A DNA stretch of 64,000 nucleotides from an uncultured delta proteobacterium. Its GTDB lineage: Bacteria > Myxococcota_A > Polyangia > Fen-1088. The notes below the pieces were generated by a model. That model ran no database searches. It was not told the origin of the DNA and saw only the letters and a program-made list of their open reading frames with translations. Made by a program: the position numbers and the translations under genes. The stretch is taken from NCBI GenBank assembly GCA_963767925.1, contig CAVYGB010000008.1, positions 2,880,001-2,944,000 of the forward strand. The letters are read 5' to 3'. Within the stretch, counting starts at the first letter, position 1; every line of letters starts with the position of its first letter. Below, piece after piece: positions 34,859 through 42,989 of this stretch.

Positions 34859-35365
34859 GTGTACGAGCTGTCCCGCTCGTATTGGCTGCGGACGCAGCCG
34901 GAGGGCATGAGCAACGAGTGGCTGCTCGCCCGCCTGCTCGTCGAGGACCAGCTCGGGACCGCCCCCGCCGCCGCGGGCCTGCGGGCCCGCTTGCTCGATC
35001 GCCAGCAGGCCGATGGCGGCTGGCCATGGCTCGCCGGCCCGGCCAGGCAAGCCAGCGACGCCCTCACGACCGGCCAGGCGCTGTACGCCCTGCGCTTGGC
35101 GGGCCTGGACGGGGACCACGCCGCCATCCGCCGCGGGGCGGCCTATCTCATGCGCACCCAGAGGCCGGACGGCGCCTGGATCGTCCCCGCCAAGCTCGTC
35201 AGCACGCGGGACGAACCGGGCGGCAAGATCGAATACATCTACAAGTTCTGGGGAACCGCCTGGGCGACGATCGGCCTGGCCCGCAGCGCGAGGGACGTGA
35301 CCGCGGTGGCCGGCCCCGTCGACTCGGTGTCCACAGCGCGGGCCACGGCCCCCCTCCCCCGCTGA
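34859..35365 (+). CDS. Prenyltransferase/squalene-cyclase (QW) repeat protein, short or N-truncated
   Basis: QQADGGW, DALTTGQALYAL, RRGAAYLMRTQRPDGAW, GTAWATIGL. Confidence 0.6.
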   Translation: MYELSRSYWLRTQPEGMSNEWLLARLLVEDQLGTAPAAAGLRARLLDRQQADGGWPWLAGPARQASDALTTGQALYALRLAGLDGDHAAIRRGAAYLMRTQRPDGAWIVPAKLVSTRDEPGGKIEYIYKFWGTAWATIGLARSARDVTAVAGPVDSVSTARATAPLPR

Positions 35366-35457
35366 GGTGACCTCGGGGGCGCATGGCTGAACCGCGCTGC
35401 GGTTCCCGGACGGGTGAGAAAGCTGCGGGGGTGGGGGCGGCGGGGTACGCTGGCGGC

Positions 35458-35775
35458 GTGGCCTGGTACGTCTATGTCGTGCGTTGCGGCGACGGCTCGC
35501 TCTACACGGGCATCAGCGTCGACGTGGCGGCGCGCGTGCGCGCGCACAACGAGGGGCGCGGCGCCCGCTACACGAGGAGCCGCCTGCCGGTGGGGCTGGT
35601 CCACACCGAGCGAAAGCGTTCCCGCTCGACGGCGCAGAGCCGGGAGGCGGCCATCAAGGCGCTCTCCCGCCAGGACAAGCTGAAGCTGATCGCTGCCTGG
35701 ACGGCGGCCCGCTCCACCCGAGCGACACCAGCCCCGGCTCCTCGGGTGCGACGTCCCCCGGGGCTTCGCACGTAG
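35458..35775 (+). CDS. GIY-YIG nuclease family protein (UPF0213/YhbQ-like)
   Basis: WYVYVVRCGDGSLYTGIS, R..AHNEGRGARYTRSRLPV, EAAIK.LSR..K. Confidence 0.88.
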   Translation: MAWYVYVVRCGDGSLYTGISVDVAARVRAHNEGRGARYTRSRLPVGLVHTERKRSRSTAQSREAAIKALSRQDKLKLIAAWTAARSTRATPAPAPRVRRPPGLRT

Positions 35776-35916
35776 CAACGGACGCCCACTCCTCCGTCGG
35801 GTGGGAGAAGGTCGTGGACGGATCCGGCGATGTCAGTAAAATCCCGGCACCTGCGCGCGGTGAGGCCCCATATCACGGGGTCTGCCCGCGCCCGCAACGA
35901 CGCACCGGAGGCCGCC

Positions 35917-37044
35917 ATGTCAAAAGAAGTCTCTCGTCGAGGGTTCATCTCGGGTCTGACCGTGAGCGGGGGGATGGCGCTGGCGACGACGGCGGAGGCC
36001 GCCACCACGCCGGAGGCGGGCGACAGCGCCCACCGCCACTTCCTCGAGCTCAAGCCCACCACCACGCCCATCCGCATGTTGCTGGCCGGCCGGCCGGGGC
36101 GCCCCGACGTGTTGACTTCGGCCGAGGTGGCGAAGGTGAAGAGCGGGGCGCCGGGGATCGACCTGGCGATCCCGAAGACCGAGGCCGACATGTTGAAGGC
36201 GGCGGCGCGCGCCGAGGCCATCCTCGGCGAGCCGACGGTGGAGACCATCCGGGCGGCCAAGAACCTCAAGTGGGTGCAACACTGGGCGGCCGGCGTGGAG
36301 AAGCTGCCCCCCGAGCTGATGGCCCACCCCTGTCTGCTCACCAACATGGCGCGCGTGTTCGCCCCGGTCATCGCCGAGAGCGCCTTCGCCATGTTGCTCT
36401 CGCTGACCCGCGGCCTGGCCAGCGACGCCTTCCCGAACTTCCAGAAGAAGAGCTGGCCGGCGCCGGCCCGCCCCTCGGTGCCGCTGGTCGACCTCTACGG
36501 CAAGACCATGGGGGTCGTCGGGCTGGGCGGGCTGGGCACCGAGATCGCCCGCCGGGCGGTGCACGGCTTCGGCATGAAGGTCGTCGCCGTCGACGCCAAG
36601 CCGATGCCGAAGCCGGAGTGGGTGGCCGACCTGCGCGAGCCGGCCTGGCTGCCCCAGATGGCACGCGAGGTGGACGTGCTGGTCAGCAGCGCGCCCCACA
36701 CGCGGCAGACCGAGAAGGTGTTCAACGACGCCCTGTTTCGCTCGATGAAGAAGACGGCCTACTTCCTCAACGTGTCCCGGGGCGGACTGGTCGACCAGGA
36801 GGCGCTGGCCCGGGCCCTCAAGGCGGGGACCATCCAGGGCGCCGGCCTCGACGTCACGACGCCCGAGCCCCTGCCCCCGGAAGACCCGCTGTGGTCCTGT
36901 CCCAACCTGATCATCACGCCGCACAACTCGGGCCAGGCGCCCATCCGCCAGGTTCGCCTGGTGGCGCTGGTGGCGGAGAACGTGCGCCGGTATGCCAGCG
37001 GTTTCCCGCTGCTCAACGTCGTCGACAAGCAGCGCGGCTACTGA
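35917..37044 (+). CDS. D-2-hydroxyacid dehydrogenase with a twin-arginine signal peptide
   Basis: GGAGG RBS; SRRGFI...AEA; GLGGLG, NVSRGGLVD, GAGLDVT.PEPLP, ITPHN. Confidence 0.88.
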   Translation: MSKEVSRRGFISGLTVSGGMALATTAEAATTPEAGDSAHRHFLELKPTTTPIRMLLAGRPGRPDVLTSAEVAKVKSGAPGIDLAIPKTEADMLKAAARAEAILGEPTVETIRAAKNLKWVQHWAAGVEKLPPELMAHPCLLTNMARVFAPVIAESAFAMLLSLTRGLASDAFPNFQKKSWPAPARPSVPLVDLYGKTMGVVGLGGLGTEIARRAVHGFGMKVVAVDAKPMPKPEWVADLREPAWLPQMAREVDVLVSSAPHTRQTEKVFNDALFRSMKKTAYFLNVSRGGLVDQEALARALKAGTIQGAGLDVTTPEPLPPEDPLWSCPNLIITPHNSGQAPIRQVRLVALVAENVRRYASGFPLLNVVDKQRGY

Positions 37045-37145
37045 CCAGGCCGGACAAGGCGAGCGTTTCCGGGGCCCCTCGGCCGGGGGAACACCGGGGC
37101 TAAGGCCCGGGCGGGGATCCACCGATCTCCTGAGGCGAGATTCCT

Positions 37146-38675
37146 GTGCATCTCGCCCTGGCACCGGAGCGCGTGGTCGACGGGCCACGTGGCCGCTACC
37201 GAATCGTCGCCGAACATGGGCGGGGGGGCTTCGGCGTCACCTACCGGGGCGAGCGCGAGGGCGATGGGCTGCCCGTGATCGTGAAGACCCTGCGGCTGGC
37301 GGGGCTGCCAGGGTGGAAGGCCTACGAGCTGTTCGAGCGCGAGGCGGCGGTGCTGCGCGCGCTCCGGCACCCCAACGTGCCAGCCTGGATCGACGACATC
37401 GTCTTCGGGCAGGAGGGAGACGTCGGCGCGGCCGCCGGCTTCGCCCTGGTGATGGAGCTGATCCCGGGGCGGACCCTGCGCGAGGCCACCCGGAACGGGG
37501 GCCTGTCGGCGGCGGAGATGACGGGCTGGCTGCGCAACGTGCTCGAGGTGCTGGCCTTCATCCACGGCCGCTCTCCGCCCCTCATCCACCGCGACGTCAA
37601 CCCCAAGAACATCATTCTCCGCCCCGACGGCAGCGCCGCCCTGGTCGACTTCGGCAGCGTGCAGGCGGCGCTGCGCTCGGCCGACACGGTCGCCTCGACC
37701 TCGGCCGGGACCTTCGGCTACGCGCCTCTCGAGCAGTTCATCGGCCACGCCACGCCGGTCAGCGACCTCTATGGCCTGGGCATGACCTTCCTGACCGCGG
37801 CCACCGGCCGCGAGCCCAACAAGCTGCCTTTCCAGGGGCTGAAGGTCGACGTCCGGAGCCTGCTGCGCGATCCGCCGCACCTGGTGAGCCTCATCGAGGC
37901 CATGGTCGAGCCCGATCCCCGCTTCCGCATCAGCGGCGCCAGCGTTGCCCTGGAGGTGCTGGCCGGCACCGCCCGGCTGCCCGCCTCCCCCGCCGGGGAG
38001 GCGCGCGCCGAGGGCCGCCGGATCGCCCGGCGCCGGGACGGCGATGACGACGACGATGACGTCAGCGCCGAGCGGGGCCTCGCCCGGGGCGAAGACCACC
38101 GGATGGACGGCGGGGTGGACGGCGAGATCGCCCGCGAGCGGGAGGCCTCCGCGCCGCTGCGGGCCGACGACTACCTGGCACGCCTGCGCGAGAAGCTGCT
38201 CGACCTCGGCTTCGAGGTCGAGCCCGACGGGGAGATCGGACGCAGCCCGCTCGAGGTGGCGGCCCATCGCCTGGCGGCCGGCTTCGCCGGCATCGGCGCC
38301 CACCTCTACGCGGTCCGGGGCGAGCGGGTCAACGGCGCCCGGGCCCACAAGCCCCTGCCCCCGGTGCCCGCCGCCCTCTTCGTCCAGTCCGCCTCGAGCT
38401 TGCACGCCCGCGACGAGCTCGGCTTCTGGGCTCGCCTGCTCGGCCAGCGGCAGGTGGTGATCCCCCTGTTCATCTGCACCGCGGGGGTGGGCCCCCGGAC
38501 CCGGGGCCACATCGCCGCCGCGCTCCGCGAGCCGGCCTCGATCGTCGTGGTGCCCGCCATCGTCGACCTGCTGGGCGAGGGGTTCGAGCTGATCACGCCC
38601 CCCTCCCTGCTGGCCGGCGACCCCGGCGGCGTGATGGAGACCGTCCGCCACCTGCTCTCCCTGCCGGGGCGCTGA
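37146..38675 (+). CDS. Ser/Thr protein kinase with an uncharacterised C-terminal domain
   Basis: GRGGFGVTY, VK, FEREA, HRDVNPKN, DFG, GTFGYAP.EQ, SDLYGLG. Confidence 0.88.
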   Translation: MHLALAPERVVDGPRGRYRIVAEHGRGGFGVTYRGEREGDGLPVIVKTLRLAGLPGWKAYELFEREAAVLRALRHPNVPAWIDDIVFGQEGDVGAAAGFALVMELIPGRTLREATRNGGLSAAEMTGWLRNVLEVLAFIHGRSPPLIHRDVNPKNIILRPDGSAALVDFGSVQAALRSADTVASTSAGTFGYAPLEQFIGHATPVSDLYGLGMTFLTAATGREPNKLPFQGLKVDVRSLLRDPPHLVSLIEAMVEPDPRFRISGASVALEVLAGTARLPASPAGEARAEGRRIARRRDGDDDDDDVSAERGLARGEDHRMDGGVDGEIAREREASAPLRADDYLARLREKLLDLGFEVEPDGEIGRSPLEVAAHRLAAGFAGIGAHLYAVRGERVNGARAHKPLPPVPAALFVQSASSLHARDELGFWARLLGQRQVVIPLFICTAGVGPRTRGHIAAALREPASIVVVPAIVDLLGEGFELITPPSLLAGDPGGVMETVRHLLSLPGR

Positions 38676-38677
38676 GG

Positions 38678-39181
38678 TCAGTGGGCGCCGCCCTCCACCA
38701 CGAAGCTCACGGCGGGATCCGCGGCGGTGACCCCCAGGACGTGGGTCCCCACCTGCAGCGGGTAGACGTGGCGCCCCTTCACCTCGGGGCAGGCGGCGCT
38801 GCTGCCCGCCGATGACTCGGCCGCCACCTCCCCGCCGGTGGGGCCCGTCACCACGAGCTGGACGGGCGCGCTGCTGAAGAACAGGTAGTCCCCGACCGCG
38901 CTGGCGGCGAAGGTGAGGTAGCCGGCTTTTCCCGCCGCGCCCGCGACGTCGACGAGGGTGACGTCGTAGCGGCGGTGGTCGGCCCCCAGCGCGGGGGCGG
39001 TGGGGCTGGCGGTGCTGGCCGCGGTGAGGGCGACCGCGCCTTCCGCCTGCGTCAGGTGCTCGCAGGCCTCGAGGTCGGGGTCCTCCTCGGTGTGGCCGTC
39101 GCCGCCGCAACCGGGGAGTGAGGCGGCGGCCAGCAGGAGCAGGGCGGGGAACGCGGGGAGAGATATGGCGAAGGGGTGCAT
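38678..39181 (-). CDS. Hypothetical lipoprotein with His/Cys/acidic N-terminus (putative metal binding)
   Basis: LPGC lipobox, GHTEEDPDLEACEH. Confidence 0.7.
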   Translation of the reverse strand: MHPFAISLPAFPALLLLAAASLPGCGGDGHTEEDPDLEACEHLTQAEGAVALTAASTASPTAPALGADHRRYDVTLVDVAGAAGKAGYLTFAASAVGDYLFFSSAPVQLVVTGPTGGEVAAESSAGSSAACPEVKGRHVYPLQVGTHVLGVTAADPAVSFVVEGGAH

Positions 39182-39259
39182 GGGTAGGTCCTTTCGTTCT
39201 GGTTACGTTATTCGAAGCAGGGCGGTCGAACCCCGCTGGCGGGATCGCAGGGGCGGCGG

Positions 39260-40147
39260 TCAGTCGGGGTGGCGCGCGACGGTGGCCGTGAGGACGCGTC
39301 CCTCGGCCAGGTTTCTGCGCAGGGTGGCGCCGGCGGCGGCCACGTCGAGGGCGCCGGCCGGCGCCGGCAAGGCGGCGAAGTCGACCCCGTCGAACAGGGC
39401 GGCGCTCAGCTCGACCGCCAGATCGACGGTGACGCCAGGGGGAGATGCGCGATCGAGAGGGATGTCGAGGTCGGTCTCGAGGACCGGCGGGCCGGCGGCG
39501 GCGCCTTCCCCGGTCGCGGCTGGGGCGCCGAGCTGCAGGCGGAAGGGCGTCTCGGGCAGGCGCGGCGGCTGGCGGAGATCGCGCACGGAGCCCTCCATGG
39601 CCAGCACCGCGATGGCCGCCGAGGCCCCCACGATCCGGGAGCGGTCGAGGTTGCAGCTCGGCTCGCACGGCAAGGAGCGCGTCTCGGGGACGAGCAGGTC
39701 GAGCGCCCCCTCGACCGGCAGGGTGAGCACGGCGGTTCGCTCGGCTCCCCCCACGGCGCCCGCGAGCTGCGCCTCGATCTCCCGGTAGGGGACCAGGCTC
39801 CCGTCGGCCGCGTGGCAGTGCCCGTTGTGGCACAGGCTGTAGCCGGGCGGCGGCCGGGCCGGGTCGAAGCGGGCCTCGGCGCCCGCCGGCGCGGCCAGCA
39901 GGCGGATGGCCGCGAGCGCGAGCCGCGCCCCGCTGACCCGGACCTGGTAGTCGTTGCTCAGCATCTGCCAGCCCGGCCCGGCGTCCCGATCGGCGCGGAC
40001 CTGGTAGGCGGCGGTCAAGCTCGGGCGCAGCGATCCGAACCATCCCCCCGGCTCGAAGGTGCAGCCGCTCGCCGCCCCGCCGGCGACGAGCGCGCAGGCC
40101 AGGGCGAAGGCGGTCAACGGAGCCCGGGTCGTCGTCATCCTGTCCAT
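39260..40147 (-). CDS. Hypothetical lipoprotein with a CHNGHCH motif
   Basis: ASGC lipobox; FDPARPPPGYSLCHNGHCH; GGAGG RBS. Confidence 0.75.
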   Translation of the reverse strand: MDRMTTTRAPLTAFALACALVAGGAASGCTFEPGGWFGSLRPSLTAAYQVRADRDAGPGWQMLSNDYQVRVSGARLALAAIRLLAAPAGAEARFDPARPPPGYSLCHNGHCHAADGSLVPYREIEAQLAGAVGGAERTAVLTLPVEGALDLLVPETRSLPCEPSCNLDRSRIVGASAAIAVLAMEGSVRDLRQPPRLPETPFRLQLGAPAATGEGAAAGPPVLETDLDIPLDRASPPGVTVDLAVELSAALFDGVDFAALPAPAGALDVAAAGATLRRNLAEGRVLTATVARHPD

Positions 40148-40157
40148 GGTGCCTCCT

Positions 40158-41366
40158 TCAAAACGGGTGGGCGCCGTGAGCGCCGACCACGAACTCCGCC
40201 GCCAGGAAGACCGCCCAGCCGGTCTTCCCCGACCCGGCCAGGTGATCGGACGACCCCTGCAATCGCAGCCGGGAGAACTCGGTCGGCCAGAAGGTGGCGG
40301 CGGCGCTCAGCCGCTGCCGGTGCCCGGTCCAGTCGGGATCGAGGTCGTCGCCCACGACCCCCGCCCGGTTCCGGGTGGGGCTACCGTATTCGTAACGTAC
40401 GCCGCTGCCCCAGCGGCGGGCGAACCGCCAGGTCAGGTAAGCGTAGCCGCCGAGGTCGCGCAGGACGTCGCCGGGGACCTGCCGGCGCCGGTGGAACAAC
40501 TCCGCCTGCAGCGCGACGACGGTGTGGCTGCCGGTGGTGATGGGGCGATACTTCAGATAGACGTCGGTGCCGAAGATGTCGGTCCGGTTGCGGGGGCCGG
40601 TCGGGTTCGGTCCGAGCGCCGCCGTCAGCCCCCAGGCCAGCGACAGGTCGTGAGACAGGGGGAAGAACTGCTTGGCCGCCAGGGTGGTCTGGAAGTCGAG
40701 GGGCGAGCGGATCCCCAGGTCCTCCCCCCCATAGAAGCTCCGGGCGGTCGCCTCACCGGCCGGATCGGTCAGCGAGGCGACCAGCTCGACGTACCAGGGC
40801 AGCGGCGTCAGGTACGACAGCTCCAGCCCCAGCCCCCGGTTGCCCTCGCCGCCGAACAGCCGGCCCAGCACGAAGGGTTGATCGACGAAGTCCCAGCCGT
40901 GCGGATGGGTCGGGTTCAGCCGCCCCACCCGGGTCAGGAACTGCCCCGCCCGGAGCTGCAGGTTGGCCGGCAAGGCCAGGGTGGTGGCGTAGGCCTCCTC
41001 GATCTCCACCCCGAACTGGCTGAACACCAGGTTGCCGTCGAAGCGAAAATACGGGTCGACCGCCTTGCCGATCGACAGCTCGAGCTGCTGCAGGTTGAAG
41101 CCGTTCTTCCGGGGATCGTGGCCTCCGGTCTGGCGCGGGTCATCGCTGGAGAAGGCGGCCAGCGCCAGGTCGGTGATGACCGCCAGGTCCGGGTTGAGGT
41201 TGCTTGCCGCGGCCGCCGTCCCCACGGGGGCGCCCGGGGGCGGAGAGGGAGGGGCCTCCTTCGCGGCGGCGGTGTCGGCCTGCAGGGCCCGCTCGATCTC
41301 GCTGAGATCGGAGGCGGGCTGGGCGAGCTGAAGAACCATCGAAAACAAGAGACTCGGCACCAGCAC
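40158..41366 (-). CDS. Outer-membrane beta-barrel protein of the 'zinc-regulated outer membrane receptor' type
   Basis: LNPDL, FNLQQLELS...VDPY, EIEEAY, N.THPH.W.F, SRLRLQ, C-terminal GAHGAHPF; AGGAG RBS. Confidence 0.8.
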   Translation of the reverse strand: MLVPSLLFSMVLQLAQPASDLSEIERALQADTAAAKEAPPSPPPGAPVGTAAAASNLNPDLAVITDLALAAFSSDDPRQTGGHDPRKNGFNLQQLELSIGKAVDPYFRFDGNLVFSQFGVEIEEAYATTLALPANLQLRAGQFLTRVGRLNPTHPHGWDFVDQPFVLGRLFGGEGNRGLGLELSYLTPLPWYVELVASLTDPAGEATARSFYGGEDLGIRSPLDFQTTLAAKQFFPLSHDLSLAWGLTAALGPNPTGPRNRTDIFGTDVYLKYRPITTGSHTVVALQAELFHRRRQVPGDVLRDLGGYAYLTWRFARRWGSGVRYEYGSPTRNRAGVVGDDLDPDWTGHRQRLSAAATFWPTEFSRLRLQGSSDHLAGSGKTGWAVFLAAEFVVGAHGAHPF

Positions 41367-41589
41367 GGTTTTTTCTCCTGGCCTGAGGAAAGAGGTCGTC
41401 GTCCAGAAAGGCGCGCACGCGCAGCAGGGGTGGCGTCCGGCGCAGCCCCCGAGCGGATCCCATCCCCGGGGACGCGCCCGGGGATTGCCGCGGGCTCGCG
41501 GGTAGCGGCACCGGAAGCGGTGACCACCGGCGCGGGCGATCGCCGGCCGGCCCGGCGGCGCGGCGGCCCGATCGGCGGATCCGGATCGT

Positions 41590-41994
41590 TCAGACCGGGG
41601 GCGACGTCTTGGGGGCCAGGGACAGGACGGCCAGGGGCGGCGCCGGCTCGGCCGGCGCGACCGCGACCAGCGGCGTCGGGTCGAAGTCGCCCGACCAGGC
41701 CGGGCTCCCCTGTCCGAACACCTGACCGAAGCGGCAGACCCGGGCGAAGGCGCAGCCGTCGTGGCCCGGGGGCTGCTGGGAGCCGTCGTGGGCCGCCGGG
41801 CGCGTGTCGGCCTGGGCCAGCGCCCCGGGCTCGACCGCCTCCTCCACCTTGCCGTGCTCGGCGCAGTAGCGGTGGACCTCCGCGTTCGCGTGCACGGAGG
41901 CGAGGATCGGCGCCGCGCACCAGAACACCCCCACCAGGAGCGCCGCCAGCCGGTGCGCCGCGCGCAACGACCGGGGCCGGCAGGTGGAGGACAT
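41590..41994 (-). CDS. DUF2946-like His/Cys-rich leader protein
   Basis: N-terminal hydrophobic helix, HRYCAEHG, HDGCAFARVC, C-terminal APKTSPP. Confidence 0.65.
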   Translation of the reverse strand: MSSTCRPRSLRAAHRLAALLVGVFWCAAPILASVHANAEVHRYCAEHGKVEEAVEPGALAQADTRPAAHDGSQQPPGHDGCAFARVCRFGQVFGQGSPAWSGDFDPTPLVAVAPAEPAPPLAVLSLAPKTSPPV

Positions 41995-42146
41995 GATCGT
42001 GGGATACTGTCAGAGAGGACCCGCTGTCAAGCTGCGGCCACCGCTCCGGCCATCGACGCCGGGAGCTCGACGGCGCCGGCTTGTGGTCCCTCGGTGGCGG
42101 GCGCAAGATGACAGGGCGGCAGGCCTCCGGCTCTGCCCCGCGTCCA

Positions 42147-42959
42147 ATGCTGAAAGCCGTGCTCGCACGCCTCGCCCAGGGCCACCGGACCGCTCGCTTC
42201 CCCGACGAGCGGCCCACCTTGCCCGAGCGGTTCCGGGGCCGGCCCGCCCTCGACGCGAGCCGCTGCCCGGAGGGCTGCCAGGCGTGCAGCGAGGCCTGTC
42301 CCACCGACGCCCTCGCCGACGACGGCGACAGCCTCGCCCTCGATCTGGGCCGTTGCCTGTTCTGCCAGGCGTGCAGCGAGGCCTGCCCGGACGGCGCGCT
42401 GACCTTCACCCGCGACCACCGCCTGGCCAGCCGCACCCGCGCCGAGCTGGTGCTGCGATCGCCCCGCCACCCCGGCGGCGCCAGCCCCACCAGGCTGGAC
42501 CCCGCCGACGAGGCGCGGGGGCTCGCCCTGCACCAGGAGCTGCTGCGGCTGTTCGGCCGCTCGCTCAAGCTGCGGCAGGTGAGCGCGGGCGGGTGCAACG
42601 CCTGCGAGGCCGAGGTCAACGTCCTGACCAGCATCGTCTTCGACCTGGGGCGCTTCGGGATCCAGATCGTCGCCTCCCCCCGCCACGCCGACGGGCTGCT
42701 GGTGACCGGACCGATCCCGCGCAACATGCACCTGGCCCTGCGCAAGACCTACGAGGCCATCCCCGCCCCGAAGATCGTCCTCGCGGTGGGCGCCTGCGCC
42801 ATCTCGGGCGGGCCCTACCGCGGCCACCCCGAGGTCCACGACGGCGTCGACGGCGTCTTGCCCGTCGACCTCTATGTCCCCGGCTGCCCGCCCCACCCTC
42901 TCACGATCCTCGACGCCCTCCTCGGCCTGCTGGGCCGCCGGCGCCCGCCCCCGGCCTGA
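42147..42959 (+). CDS. Ehr/hydrogenase-4-type small subunit fused to a 2x[4Fe-4S] ferredoxin (HycF+HycG / NuoI+NuoB-like)
   Basis: FRGRP, CQACSEACP x2, GGCNACE, ASPRHAD, GACAISGG, PGCPPHP. Confidence 0.9.
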   Translation: MLKAVLARLAQGHRTARFPDERPTLPERFRGRPALDASRCPEGCQACSEACPTDALADDGDSLALDLGRCLFCQACSEACPDGALTFTRDHRLASRTRAELVLRSPRHPGGASPTRLDPADEARGLALHQELLRLFGRSLKLRQVSAGGCNACEAEVNVLTSIVFDLGRFGIQIVASPRHADGLLVTGPIPRNMHLALRKTYEAIPAPKIVLAVGACAISGGPYRGHPEVHDGVDGVLPVDLYVPGCPPHPLTILDALLGLLGRRRPPPA

Positions 42960-42989
42960 CCGGCGCGCCGCTCGCGCCGCCGCGCGAAC

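Noticed and set aside
35458..35775. GIY-YIG as a homing or mobile endonuclease
   Set aside because: Short stand-alone UPF0213-type protein with no intron or intein context.
32904..38675. Prophage or integrative element at tRNA-Leu
   Set aside because: No integrase, phage genes or duplicated tRNA 3' end was found in the window.
39195..39215. Zur box in the AT-richer gap before the 38678-39181 gene
   Set aside because: GGTTACGTTATTCG is not a convincing palindrome or consensus match.
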